From a virus (lineage: Duplodnaviria; Caudoviricetes), in IMG/VR virus record IMGVR_UViG_3300026101_000006, positions 1-28,578 of that record: 28,578 nucleotides of DNA; one strand, given 5' to 3'. The translations under genes and the position numbers were made by a program. A model generated the notes under the pieces. It did not search any database. It saw nothing but the letters and a program-made list of their open reading frames with translations, and was not told the origin of the DNA. Below are positions 1-9,627 of this stretch, one piece after another. Each line of letters starts with the position of its first letter. The first letter of the stretch is position 1.

Positions 1-520
1 CGATGCGGTGCCCGAGATACCCCGGAAAGCCGTTGACCACCTTCTGGCGGGCATAGACCACACCGCCAAAGAACCAGGTATAGGCGCTGACCACATGGCC
101 GGTGTCGGCCATCTCAAAGCGCTGATCGTAAATCCGCAGTGCCCCATCCCAGACCTCGATGCGCAGGCTGCCCGCCGTAAGGCCAAAGAGCGCAATCGCA
201 TCGCAATCCTGCGTGGGCACAATGGAATAGGTGATCTCATTGGCCTGCCGCGCCGGGTTGGAGCGGTTCTGATCAAAGGCGCGCCAGCGGTTGGTGACAC
301 TGAGCTCAAGCCAGGCACTGCCATCGTCAATGCGCGGATCCCGCTCGCTGTTGTCATCGATCAGGCTCTCATAGATCCGATGGGTCTGCGTGGAGATCAC
401 CCGCGCCCCCGCCGCATAGACAGTCTCGGCCTGCCACTGTGGGTGATCGTCCTCTGGGACATTGGACGCCACCAGCTCCACCTCGGTCACCTGCATGGGA
501 GAGAGGATATTGAAGTCCAT
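1..520 (-). CDS. Phage tail protein after the tape measure (distal-tail-like, partial; runs off the window edge)
   Basis: Not in the ORF track. ATG at 520 overlaps the TMP stop (TGATG); reads MDFNILSPMQVTEVELVASNVPEDDHPQWQAETVYAAGARVISTQTHRIYESL...TNRWRAFD and stays open to the edge. Confidence 0.8.
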   Translation of the reverse strand, partial: MDFNILSPMQVTEVELVASNVPEDDHPQWQAETVYAAGARVISTQTHRIYESLIDDNSERDPRIDDGSAWLELSVTNRWRAFDQNRSNPARQANEITYSIVPTQDCDAIALFGLTAGSLRIEVWDGALRIYDQRFEMADTGHVVSAYTWFFGGVVYARQKVVNGFPGYLGHRI

Positions 521-3500
521 CAGCTCCGCTCCCCCGGCAGCCCCACCTCATCCCACCCATCCAGATGGGTGGCGATGCGATCCACCAACATGCGCACCAC
601 TTGACCCTGCGCCACCACATGGCGGGTCAGCTCTTCCACCCCCTTGGTCAGCGGGCGGTTATCCAGCATGGCCACTGACTCGGCGTGGCTGTGAATGCGC
701 GAGGGGCCTGTGGTCTCGATCTCCCAGCCGCGCTCGCCGACAATGCGCGCACCACCCCGATGCGCGCCGCCTCGGGCAAAGGCCGGAATGCCGCCCAGAT
801 CGCGCACCTGAGCGCGCAGCTGCTCCAGCGCCTTGCTACTTTTGGCATGGCGCTTGTTATAGGCGGCGATCTGATCCTCCAGCCCGCCATCGGCCCAGAA
901 GGCTTTTTTCCAACCGGCCAGATCCGCGCCCGACCCATAAGAGACCCAATCCGCATCATATTGAATGCGACCGGTCTCGGGATCCACATGCAGCTCTGCA
1001 TCGCGGTTGCCACTGCGGCGCAGCGAGACGCCTGTGCGCTGCTCCAGTGCGGCGATCTGAGCAATGAGGCCCGAGGCCTCGCTGCGATCTTCGAGCCCCA
1101 GCGCCAAGCCACGCCCTTGGGCCTGCAGTTTGGCGAGCTGCTGCTCGGCCTCTCGTGCGGCGCGATCCGCATCCACTGCATCGCGCAGCTCTGCCAGCAT
1201 GCCCCGCAGCCGCTCCATCGGCTCCACCAGCGCGCCGGTGCCGTTGACAAGATCGGCAAAGACATCATCTGCCTCCAGCACCACGCCGCCGCCAAAGGTG
1301 AGCCGCCCGCTGCCTTCGCCACTGCCGATGAGATTGGCGATCTCGGTAAGCTGCGCCACCGTATCCGCCCCTTCGCCGGTGAGCGCCACATTGATGCGGC
1401 GCGACAGATTGGCGGATTTGGTCAGCACCAGAGCGCGGGTCTCTGGGTCAAGATCCTGCGCCAGATCCAGACGCAGGCTGCGCCGCAGATCCGCCGCCGT
1501 GGTCAGCGCCAGCGTGCGGGTGGCCTCATCCAGATCCGATCCCAGCACCAGATCCAGCGTTGCCACATGCTGTGAGAGCGCATGGGTGGCAATCCAGCGA
1601 TCCGCTGCGGTCAGATCATCCCGACGAATGATGAAGTCCAATGTGGTGCGTATGCCGGTGTCGGCCTGTTCGACCAAGGCGCGCAGCCAGTCCGGGGCGC
1701 TGTCATCCAGTGTCACCGCCACATCAAGCGCGCCCACCAGATCCTCATAGCTGAAGGCCTCAGCGCTCTCGATGGCGTCCTGTAGTGCTGCAAGCGAGCT
1801 CTCAAAGGCGGCCACCGTGCCATCCCAATCCTGCGCCAGCTCTTGCACGCCCTCGCTCAGCTCAGCCACCTGATCACCAGTGAGGCTTTCCAACTGCAAG
1901 AAGGTGCCCAGCGATGTGAGAAGCTCGATCTGCTGCTCATAAAGCCCTGCCAGCACCTCATCATTGCCCGCTTCCAGCTCGGCAATCCCCGCCGCAAAAG
2001 CGAGGCGACCCTGCACCTCGGCGGCAATGCGGCGATAATCAAGCTCTGTGCTGGCCGTCTCGCGCGCCCGGCGCAGGAAGGCGCGGGCCAGCTCCGGCAG
2101 GTCTGCCGCCGCCGCCATATCCCCCGCCTGCACCTTGGCAAAGGCCGCATCCATCCGGGCGCGCAGGATTGCCTCGGTCTGCCCACCGCTGGCCGCCGTG
2201 AGCTCGGTGTTCACCAGATCCGCCACAAAGCCGCGCAGGCTCTCTGCGGTGCGCCGCCAGGCCTGTGCCGCATCGCGCGCCTCGGTCACCATCTGCTGTG
2301 CGGCCTCGATCTGCACCCCAATCTCGCCGCCGATCTCTTGCGCCAGCCCCGCCAGCTCTGCGGTGAAGGCCCCAACCTTGGGCAGCACATCGCCAAGCGC
2401 GCCCGACAGGCGCAGCAGATCTGCATAAAGCGCCTGGCCGCCCTCAGTGGTCAGATCGAGACTTTCCACCAGGGCGCGGAAGCCATCGCGCGAGCTGGGC
2501 ATGGCAATGCCAAGGGCCTCAAACTCTTCCTGCAGGCGGCGCATCAAGACCTCGCTGCGCTCTGCTTCGGTGTAAAAGCCGCTAAAATAGCTGGAGATCG
2601 CCACCGAGAAGGCATCAGAACCGCCAAAGGCCTCAAGAAGATCAGAGGCCAGATCCGCCCCCTCAAGCGAGACATCAAACTCGGCCCGGCCCAACAGATC
2701 CATGGCGTCATTGACGCGGGTCAGACTTCCCGAGAGACGCGAGAGGGTTTCTGTGGCGCTCTCGCCGATCTTGGCAAATTCCTCCGTGCCCAACAGCAGC
2801 TCTGCCATCTGATCGCTGGCATTCTCCATATGGGCGGCCAGTTCGCGCTGGATGTCCTCCTGGCTTTTGCCATTGGTGATGATCTCAAAGCTGGCCCCAC
2901 GGAAGTCTTTCAGGGCATCGATGGAAAGACCGAGAGAGCCGCCCATGTCCTCGAGGTGGTCGCGCAGGGAGCCAAACTGCAGATCGAGGGCGCGGTCCAG
3001 CTCCGGATCCAGACCGCGATACTTGGTCTTGTCACTGCGGAACCAGCCGCCTTTGTAAAAGTCAAAGGCGCTGCCCTCAAAGCCCGTGGCCCCAAAAGAG
3101 CCGCGGATGCCGGAATGTTTGTATTTGCGGCCAAAGGCTTTTTTGAGAAGCGCCACACCGCCCAGCACAATGCCCACCGCAGGCAGGGCGGCCCCAAGCG
3201 CGCCAAAGCCGCCCACGGACCCGGAGAGCAACCCACCGAGATTGGCAAAGCTCGAGCCAAGCCCACCGCCGGAGAACACCCCGCCCAGACCCGAGGCAAT
3301 GCCACCCAAGGCCCCCCCACCACCAAACAGCCCACCCAGACCTTTGCCCAGGAGCCCCGGCAGAAGACCGCCGCCACCGCCAGCGCCGCCCCCAAAGAGG
3401 CCACCACCCAGCAAGCCGCCCGCCGCCTGCGCGGCTGATCCGGCCCCTGTGAGCGACAGCCCCAGCGCAATGCGGATCTGGTTCTTTGCAAAGCTTGCGG

Positions 3501-5334
3501 CGAGATCCGCCAGCCCGCGCTTGGCGGCCTGTTTGATCCCATCCCACATGGAGCGGAAGTCGCGCAGACCATCGGCGATCCAATCGCCAAAGGAACGCGC
3601 CACGCCATCCACTGCCGTTGAGAGCGGCCCTTCCAGCTCAGAACTCAGATCCCCCGCCGCCTCGGTGGTGGTCTGAAGGCTGCCCGCCACGCCGCCGCCG
3701 GATCCGTCATCCAGCGTGTCATCCAAAGTGTTCAGTGTATTGGCCAACGCATCTGCGCTGTCATCGCCTGCCTCAATGGCGTCATTGGCGCTGTTCATCT
3801 GGCCAGAGAGGTTGCGCATGGCCGCCCCGGCTTTCTCAAACCCCGCCGTGAGCTGGCCTGCGGCCTCTTTGCGCAACCGGATCACGCGCCCCTCAAGGGA
3901 GCTGGCCGCAAGATCCAGCTCCATCACCTTGTCGATGGCCTGATCCGAGGCATTGCGCAAACTCTGCTGCACCTCGGACAATCCGGGGAGACCCCGCATT
4001 CCTTGCGCAAGCGTCCATAAGAAGTTGCCCCAATTTAGCGAGAGATCCTGCAGCATGCGGGTAAAGCCCGCCTGTACCTGCGACCAGATCGCAGCCAGCG
4101 AGGGTTTAATCGCCGCCGCGCTGGTCTTGATGCCCTCCCAGACGCCCACCGCCAGAGTGCCAAGCGCTCTGAGCGCCGCCCCCCAGCCGCCGGTGGCCAC
4201 CACCAACTGGTGGAACTTCATCGCCAGATAGCCAGCCCCCACCACCAGCGCGCCAATGCCGGTGGCAATCACCGCACCGCGCAACAGCAGCAACCCGCGC
4301 TGCAGGCCTTTTATTGCAAGGCTCGCCACCGCCGCCTTGGTCGAGGTGGCCCCAAGGGCGATTTCCAGCGCAATGGCCGATTTGGCCGCCGCCGCAAAGC
4401 GCAGCGGGGCCAGCGCCACCGTGGAGACCACAGCCCCCATCGCCACCGCCAGCGGGGCCGAGATCTTCAACATCAACCCCAGCGCCAGCGCCGCCGGGCC
4501 CACCGCCCCGGCAATCAAGCCGGTGGTGGCAATGATGCGTTTGGTGCCATCGGACAGCCCATTGAACCAGCTCGCCAGATCCGCCGCGCGGTCACTCAAT
4601 GATTGCAACGCCGGGGCCAGAGCCACGGTCACCTGATTGGCCAGACCCCGCCCGGCAAGGCTCATCCGCGACAGCGCGTCATTGGTAAGCTCGATCTGAT
4701 CCGCATCCACCTCGGAGATTGCCACCCCAAAGCGGCTCACATCCTGCGCTGCGGTGCGCAGGGCGGCCCCATCAACGCGGGTGAAGATCAACCCCGCCCG
4801 GCTGCCAAAGAGATCCGAGGCCACCGCCGCGCGTTCGGCTTCTGGCACATACTCCGCCAATGCCGATTGGATCTTCGACAGGCGCTGATCGAGCGGCAGC
4901 GCCTGCAGCTCCGCAGCACTGAGTTTAAGCTGCCCCAGCGCCTTGGCCGCCGCCCCACTGCCACCCGCCGCCTGGCTCAGACGTTTGGTGAGCTGCAATG
5001 TGGCCTGCTGCATCTCGCCCATGGAGACCCCGGAGAGATCTGCGGCGCGCTCGAGTACCTGCATCGAGGCCACCGTGGTGCCCAGCGATTGCGCCATCTT
5101 GGCTTGCGCATCGACGATCTGCAGGCTGGAGCGGATTGCCACCGCGGCCGCCCCGGCTATGGGCAGGGTGAGACCCAGCGCCATGCGACGCCCGGCGCGC
5201 TCCATATGCCCCGCCAGGCGCACCATGCGCCGCTCCACCGTGCCCATGGTGGCCTTGGCCCGCTTTGCGCCCGTCTCAAAGGCTGCGGAATCCATCGAGA
5301 GCACGCCGCGCAGCGCGCCAATAACTGCGGACAT
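520..5334 (-). CDS. Tail tape measure protein (1604 aa)
   Basis: Very long Ala/Gly/Leu-rich helical ORF with a hydrophobic central segment; N-terminus MSAVIGALRGVLSMDSAAF; C-terminal FARGG...IVGERGWE motif; lies directly after the tail chaperones. Confidence 0.95.
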   Translation of the reverse strand: MSAVIGALRGVLSMDSAAFETGAKRAKATMGTVERRMVRLAGHMERAGRRMALGLTLPIAGAAAVAIRSSLQIVDAQAKMAQSLGTTVASMQVLERAADLSGVSMGEMQQATLQLTKRLSQAAGGSGAAAKALGQLKLSAAELQALPLDQRLSKIQSALAEYVPEAERAAVASDLFGSRAGLIFTRVDGAALRTAAQDVSRFGVAISEVDADQIELTNDALSRMSLAGRGLANQVTVALAPALQSLSDRAADLASWFNGLSDGTKRIIATTGLIAGAVGPAALALGLMLKISAPLAVAMGAVVSTVALAPLRFAAAAKSAIALEIALGATSTKAAVASLAIKGLQRGLLLLRGAVIATGIGALVVGAGYLAMKFHQLVVATGGWGAALRALGTLAVGVWEGIKTSAAAIKPSLAAIWSQVQAGFTRMLQDLSLNWGNFLWTLAQGMRGLPGLSEVQQSLRNASDQAIDKVMELDLAASSLEGRVIRLRKEAAGQLTAGFEKAGAAMRNLSGQMNSANDAIEAGDDSADALANTLNTLDDTLDDGSGGGVAGSLQTTTEAAGDLSSELEGPLSTAVDGVARSFGDWIADGLRDFRSMWDGIKQAAKRGLADLAASFAKNQIRIALGLSLTGAGSAAQAAGGLLGGGLFGGGAGGGGGLLPGLLGKGLGGLFGGGGALGGIASGLGGVFSGGGLGSSFANLGGLLSGSVGGFGALGAALPAVGIVLGGVALLKKAFGRKYKHSGIRGSFGATGFEGSAFDFYKGGWFRSDKTKYRGLDPELDRALDLQFGSLRDHLEDMGGSLGLSIDALKDFRGASFEIITNGKSQEDIQRELAAHMENASDQMAELLLGTEEFAKIGESATETLSRLSGSLTRVNDAMDLLGRAEFDVSLEGADLASDLLEAFGGSDAFSVAISSYFSGFYTEAERSEVLMRRLQEEFEALGIAMPSSRDGFRALVESLDLTTEGGQALYADLLRLSGALGDVLPKVGAFTAELAGLAQEIGGEIGVQIEAAQQMVTEARDAAQAWRRTAESLRGFVADLVNTELTAASGGQTEAILRARMDAAFAKVQAGDMAAAADLPELARAFLRRARETASTELDYRRIAAEVQGRLAFAAGIAELEAGNDEVLAGLYEQQIELLTSLGTFLQLESLTGDQVAELSEGVQELAQDWDGTVAAFESSLAALQDAIESAEAFSYEDLVGALDVAVTLDDSAPDWLRALVEQADTGIRTTLDFIIRRDDLTAADRWIATHALSQHVATLDLVLGSDLDEATRTLALTTAADLRRSLRLDLAQDLDPETRALVLTKSANLSRRINVALTGEGADTVAQLTEIANLIGSGEGSGRLTFGGGVVLEADDVFADLVNGTGALVEPMERLRGMLAELRDAVDADRAAREAEQQLAKLQAQGRGLALGLEDRSEASGLIAQIAALEQRTGVSLRRSGNRDAELHVDPETGRIQYDADWVSYGSGADLAGWKKAFWADGGLEDQIAAYNKRHAKSSKALEQLRAQVRDLGGIPAFARGGAHRGGARIVGERGWEIETTGPSRIHSHAESVAMLDNRPLTKGVEELTRHVVAQGQVVRMLVDRIATHLDGWDEVGLPGERS

Positions 5335-5675
5335 CTAAGGCCCTTTCTTGCTTTGGAAGTGCATATTCATCAGGCCTGCGCGCAGAGCGGCCAGTTCATG
5401 CGCAGGATCGCGGCTGCCTTGGCCCTTCTGGGCCGCGGCTTTGGTAAAATCCGGCATCTTTTTGGGATTGTGGAAGGCGTGGCTCACCAGCACGCCCAGC
5501 TCTTGATTGAGCACCCGGCGTGCTTCCACCTGCGCATCCTTGGCCCGGATCCGCGCGCGGGTGATGAGATCGTATTCCTTAAAGGTCACGCCCTCAAAGC
5601 TGGCGTGGTGCAAGCCCAGCTCGCACCACGACGCATATAGCGCGCTCCAGTCTACGCCCCCGCCGGGGGGCGGGC
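5335..5675 (-). CDS. Tail assembly chaperone C-terminal extension (gpT-like), probably made as a gpGT-type -1 frameshift fusion
   Basis: The frame of ORF 5335..5613 is open back to the G GGA AAG slippery site at 5682-5676 (GKGPPPGGGVDWSALYASWCELGLHHASF...). Confidence 0.8.
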
Positions 5676-6020
5676 CTTTCCCGCTGTCGCCTCCCCATCA
5701 CCGGTGCCGGGTGCATCACCCTTTGGGGGTGGGAAGGCTTTGGCGATGGCGTCGCCCACAAAGGGCACCACCTGCCGCGCACCACCCGCCGCATCGACCA
5801 GCGCAATTGCCTCTTCGCGGCTGACGCCTGCGCCATCCTCCAGCCCCGCCGCCAATGCCGAGACCAGCAGGCGCACACCGCCTTTGCCCTGGATCAGGTC
5901 ATCCAGAAGCACATCAAAGGCTGTGCCGTTATTGTCTTCTTCAAAGCGCATCAGCGCGCCGGTGGTGAAGCGCAGTTTATGGGTGCTCTTGCCCTGCTTC
6001 AGTGTTGCTGCAGCAATCAT
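5652..6020 (-). CDS. Tail assembly chaperone (gpG-like / GTA-gp10-like)
   Basis: 122 aa between tail tube and TMP; LRFTTGALMRFEE motif; ends near a slippery heptamer. Confidence 0.85.
   Translation of the reverse strand: MIAAATLKQGKSTHKLRFTTGALMRFEEDNNGTAFDVLLDDLIQGKGGVRLLVSALAAGLEDGAGVSREEAIALVDAAGGARQVVPFVGDAIAKAFPPPKGDAPGTGDGEATAGKARPPAGA
5655..5696 (-). promoter_or_regulatory. -1 programmed ribosomal frameshift signal (SD-like GGGGAGG, slippery GGGAAAG, 7-bp GC hairpin)
   Basis: GGGGAGG at 5696-5690; in-frame G GGA AAG at 5682-5676 (same heptamer as lambda G-T); stem CGCCCCC-CGGC-GGGGGCG at 5672-5655. Confidence 0.85.
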
Positions 6021-6023
6021 CCC

Positions 6024-6467
6024 TTAGCTCCCTTTGGTCCAGCTGATGAGCCCGGTGGGGCGCAGTTTGAGATCGGTCATCAGATCGCCCTCATGGTCGA
6101 CCGCCGGAACCGAAGGGTTCACGAAGGCTTTGTAGGCAAAGACATCCCCCGTGGTGACCTGACCCTCCATCGCGGGCAGCTTCACCCGGAAGAACACGGG
6201 CTTGCCGGCCGCCTTATAGGCCGCCGCCTGCTCGTAAAGTTCAGAGGAATAAAAGCAGCTCAGCGTGAGCTCGCTGGTATCAGTGAGACCCACGCCCCAT
6301 TCGCGCGACCGACCGGGGCTATCGAGCGAGGTGCGGTCCCGGTATTCCGGGTTTTCCTCGGGGATGCCCACGGTTTTACAGCCCTTGATGACGACAAATG
6401 TCGCCTCTTCTCCATCCGGGGACCATTCAATATCCGCCAGATCGCCTGCGATGACATTCTCTGCCAT
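6024..6467 (-). CDS. Major tail (tube) protein
   Basis: MAENVIAG start after an AAGGA SD; DRTSLDSPGRSREWGVGLTDTSELTL is typical of siphophage tube proteins; position fits. Confidence 0.85.
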   Translation of the reverse strand: MAENVIAGDLADIEWSPDGEEATFVVIKGCKTVGIPEENPEYRDRTSLDSPGRSREWGVGLTDTSELTLSCFYSSELYEQAAAYKAAGKPVFFRVKLPAMEGQVTTGDVFAYKAFVNPSVPAVDHEGDLMTDLKLRPTGLISWTKGS

Positions 6468-6515
6468 GGCTCGTCCTTTCATAAAGTGGTGGAAAGCGCC
6501 GGTTGCCCGGCCACA

Positions 6516-6878
6516 TCAGGCGCGGTAGCGCACCTGCACATCCAGCATTTGCAGCCGGATCACATCACCGCCGGTCTCCACATGGGAATCCCGCCGGGTC
6601 AGCTCTTTGATGCGGATCACCGATCCGCCGCGATAGGTGGTGAGCGTGGATGAGACCTCGCGGCCAAGGCTCAGCAACGCGCCATAGGTCTTGGCGGCAA
6701 TGTTCACCTGCACCCGCGCGGTCTCGAGATCCGCGCGCCCCGTGAGCGAGTAGCGCGTCACCGTAGAGATCCGCTGCAGGGTGATGCGGGGAAAGCCGAC
6801 ATCCCTGTCAAACGCACCCCAAACCACCGGCACCCCCAAGGACTTCAAGAGATCCTTGACCTCGCGCTCCATACTCAT
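6516..6878 (-). CDS. Tail terminator / tail completion protein (DUF3168-like)
   Basis: ATGA overlap with the upstream gene gives start MSMERE; FPRITLQRIS...ARVQVNI motifs; position fits. Confidence 0.8.
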   Translation of the reverse strand: MSMEREVKDLLKSLGVPVVWGAFDRDVGFPRITLQRISTVTRYSLTGRADLETARVQVNIAAKTYGALLSLGREVSSTLTTYRGGSVIRIKELTRRDSHVETGGDVIRLQMLDVQVRYRA

Positions 6879-7348
6879 GCGCGCGCTGCCTTGCGCCGAG
6901 CGCGTTCCAGGCTTTTCTCGATCTCCGCCCAAACCTCGCGCTTGAGTGTCGCCAGCATCATGGCTTGGCTGGCATCCCAAGCCGGGCGCAGGAAAGGCCG
7001 CGCAGGCATCGCCCCGGTGGCGCGTCCCGTGGAGCTTTGCACGCGGGGGCCAGTGCCAAACTCATAAAGATGCGCATGCGGGGCATCACCGCCATCCGGC
7101 TCAACCGGCCCCACATAAAGCACCACCTTGCTGCGGCCCCGATCTCCGCGCGCCTCACGCGCCTGGCGGGTGGTCAGCTTGGCGGTCACCGCAATGGCAA
7201 AGGGCGAGGCCGCCTCCGCCATCTGCGCCACCGGTTTGAGGCTCTTCTTCATGGCGCGCCGCATCACCCCTTTGGCGGTGCCACGCGGCAGTGCTGCCAG
7301 CGCGCGCTCAATATCGCCCGCGCCTTTGATGCGCATTTTGACGGCCAT
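6875..7348 (-). CDS. HK97 gp10-family neck/tail protein
   Basis: HAHLYEFGT...MPARPFLRPAWD signature. Confidence 0.9.
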   Translation of the reverse strand: MAVKMRIKGAGDIERALAALPRGTAKGVMRRAMKKSLKPVAQMAEAASPFAIAVTAKLTTRQAREARGDRGRSKVVLYVGPVEPDGGDAPHAHLYEFGTGPRVQSSTGRATGAMPARPFLRPAWDASQAMMLATLKREVWAEIEKSLERARRKAARA

Positions 7349-7683
7349 CAAGACACCTCCGGGATCTTCCAGGCGGTGATCTCGATCTCTCCTTTAAAGC
7401 CGCGTTGTTTGAGGCCGGTGATCTGCCAATCTGCGCCCTCAAACCGCAGCCGATGCGCGCCGGTGATCTGCACCATGGGCCCCGACCACAGCACCCGGAA
7501 CCGCGCATCGCTGCGCTGTTCCACCGCCGCCGCCCGGAGCCGCTCGCCATCGCTCACCGGCTCATAGGTCGCCCAGCGATAAAACAGCGCGTCCCAGCCG
7601 GTGACCTCCTCTTCGCCCGCATCATTCTCCGCGCGCCGTGCCTCAAGAAAGAGAATGCGGCGATTCCGTTCCGTGATGCTCAT
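7348..7683 (-). CDS. Head closure / head-tail adaptor (SPP1 gp16-like)
   Basis: NRRILF...WATYEPVSDGERLRAAAV...RFRV...RLRFEGADWQI; TGATG coupling to the upstream gene. Confidence 0.85.
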   Translation of the reverse strand: MSITERNRRILFLEARRAENDAGEEEVTGWDALFYRWATYEPVSDGERLRAAAVEQRSDARFRVLWSGPMVQITGAHRLRFEGADWQITGLKQRGFKGEIEITAWKIPEVS

Positions 7684-8255
7684 CACCGCCACCAGCTTTT
7701 ATAGGGGGCCACCAGCTGCGCGATCGACATCGGCACCTCCGCCGGTTTGCCCTCCATGACCACCGGAGACCGCGCCTGATAGAGATGCGCCGCAAAGAGC
7801 AGGATGGCATGACAGATGGGTTTGGGCACATCGGCAGCCGTGCCAAAGCCTGCGGTGAAGCGGATCTTGAGGGGCAGCGGACAGCGCCCCGGACGGGGCC
7901 AGTTGCGCGCCTGAACATAAGAGCGACCACCGAGCTCAAAGAGTTCAGGTGCGGTCACAACCTCCCAGGATCCCGCAGGCGTATAGACCTCGATCTGATC
8001 CACCGAAGCCACCGGGCCCAACATCAACTCCACCGATCCACCAGCTCCGGGCACATGGGGAAAGCTCTGCTGCCAGACCTGATGCACCAGCGCGAGGCCC
8101 AGCTCGCCATCGTCGCCGTCAAACTGCGCCACTGCCACATCCAGACAATGCTGCAGGTGGCCATCCTCTTCGCCCTCTTCCAGCCGCAGATGCGCGCGCA
8201 GTTGGGCGAGATCCACCGGCACCTCTGCCGGTGGGGTAAGACGCTCCATCGCCAT
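7683..8255 (-). CDS. Head-tail connector (phiE125 gp8 / HK97 gp6-like)
   Basis: PVDLAQLRAHLRL...FTAGFG...VPKPICHAILLFAAHLYQAR. Confidence 0.9.
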   Translation of the reverse strand: MAMERLTPPAEVPVDLAQLRAHLRLEEGEEDGHLQHCLDVAVAQFDGDDGELGLALVHQVWQQSFPHVPGAGGSVELMLGPVASVDQIEVYTPAGSWEVVTAPELFELGGRSYVQARNWPRPGRCPLPLKIRFTAGFGTAADVPKPICHAILLFAAHLYQARSPVVMEGKPAEVPMSIAQLVAPYKSWWR

Positions 8256-8258
8256 GGC

Positions 8259-9542
8259 TCAGGCCGCTTTCATCTGCAGGACTTTGATGGCCTTGGTCTG
8301 CGCCGGGGCCCCATCGATGCGATGCACGCCCATAATGGCGAGGTTGGGGAAGAACTTCTCGCGCGCCACGCCCAGAAGCGGATTGCCCACCTTGCGCACG
8401 TAATATTCCGAGAAGTCACCGTAAGCGATGGGTTTGGTGCCGGCGCCGATCTGCGCCATCGCCTGGTTAAATGACACAGGCCGCCCGTTGAGCGTGGCGG
8501 GCACGCCCTTGGTGACATCGCCATCGGACCACAGATAGCGGCCATTGCCATCCTTGAGCTTGCGCAGCGCCTTCACCGATTGATCATGCATCTGGTAACG
8601 CACCTTGGGCCCGCCACGATAGGCCGGGTCCACCGAGTGCTCCAGATCCAAGATCTCATCGAAGGTGAGCGCCGTGGTGGCAGCCGCCACATGGCCCACC
8701 GGCGCGCCGGTCACAAAGCCCAGAGGCTCATTATTGCCGCTGCCGGTGGTGAGCCAGGCATTGCCCTTGCGCCCGATCCGCTCGCCGATCAGCTTGCCCA
8801 GAAGTGGCTCAAAGCCAAAGGCGGAATCCTGCGCCAGCTCAAAGGACCATTTGATCCAAGGTGTCGCCAGCGCATAGGCCAGCAATGTGGTCTTGCCGAG
8901 TGCAATGTCACCGCTGTCATCATCCTTGCCCTCATCGCCCTCCGTATGGGGTTTGGCCTCTTGGGTGGTGTCATCCACCGTGGGCAGATCAAACGGCGCG
9001 CCATTGGCGAGGTTGATCTCCGTGGCGATCTGCCCATCCATCATCGGGCCATGGGCGGCAGCGGCCACATTGATAAAGCCCGCCAGAGTGGTGGGCACCA
9101 AAAAGCCACCCTGCGCCCCGGTGCCTGCGTTTTGCGCCCGGTCCTCGCGATAGCCCCGGCGCAGGGCCTCGCGTGCTTCGCGGTCCAGCTCCGATAGATC
9201 CGCCCCGGTGGCCAGATAAAGCCGGAAGGCCTCGCGGTATTCTTCGCTCACATCCGCGTCGGGCTGATGGCGGGTCTCATTCTGGCCCGGACGGCGGCTT
9301 TCGCGCTCTGCACGCTCTTCCTGCTCGCGGCGTTCCTCGGCCTCGCGCTGTGCTTTTGCCGCCCGCTCTTCGCGCTCGGCCTCTTTGATGAGACCGTCGT
9401 ATTGATCCATCATCGCGTCGAACTTGTCATTGGCGGCGCGCGCCTCTTCCAGCGGTGTTTTGTCGGTGATCCCATCGCGCAGGCTGGTGGCCTCGGTGAG
9501 AAGGGTTTGCGCCTTCTCGCGCAGTTCTTTGATCTTGCTCAT
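8259..9542 (-). CDS. Major capsid protein, HK97 fold (about 427 aa)
   Basis: Start MSKIKELREK after a GAGGA SD; coiled-coil delta domain; GGFLVP, LRKLKDGNGRYLW and YGDFSEY motifs. Confidence 0.95.
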   Translation of the reverse strand: MSKIKELREKAQTLLTEATSLRDGITDKTPLEEARAANDKFDAMMDQYDGLIKEAEREERAAKAQREAEERREQEERAERESRRPGQNETRHQPDADVSEEYREAFRLYLATGADLSELDREAREALRRGYREDRAQNAGTGAQGGFLVPTTLAGFINVAAAAHGPMMDGQIATEINLANGAPFDLPTVDDTTQEAKPHTEGDEGKDDDSGDIALGKTTLLAYALATPWIKWSFELAQDSAFGFEPLLGKLIGERIGRKGNAWLTTGSGNNEPLGFVTGAPVGHVAAATTALTFDEILDLEHSVDPAYRGGPKVRYQMHDQSVKALRKLKDGNGRYLWSDGDVTKGVPATLNGRPVSFNQAMAQIGAGTKPIAYGDFSEYYVRKVGNPLLGVAREKFFPNLAIMGVHRIDGAPAQTKAIKVLQMKAA

Positions 9543-9553
9543 GATATCCTCAT

Positions 9554-9577
9554 TGGATGTGGTGATGGATGTGGTGA
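9554..9577. repeat. 12-bp tandem duplication (TGGATGTGGTGA x2) in the capsid leader
   Basis: Exact copies at 9554-9565 and 9566-9577. Confidence 0.85.
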
Positions 9578-9627
9578 TCTGCGCTTGCCCAAGGCGCGGC
9601 ATGGAAAAGGGCAGGACAAAGCGCCAA

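Noticed and set aside
3150-3440. Gly-rich repeat region as a separate repeat element
   Set aside because: It is a low-complexity coding segment within the tape measure protein
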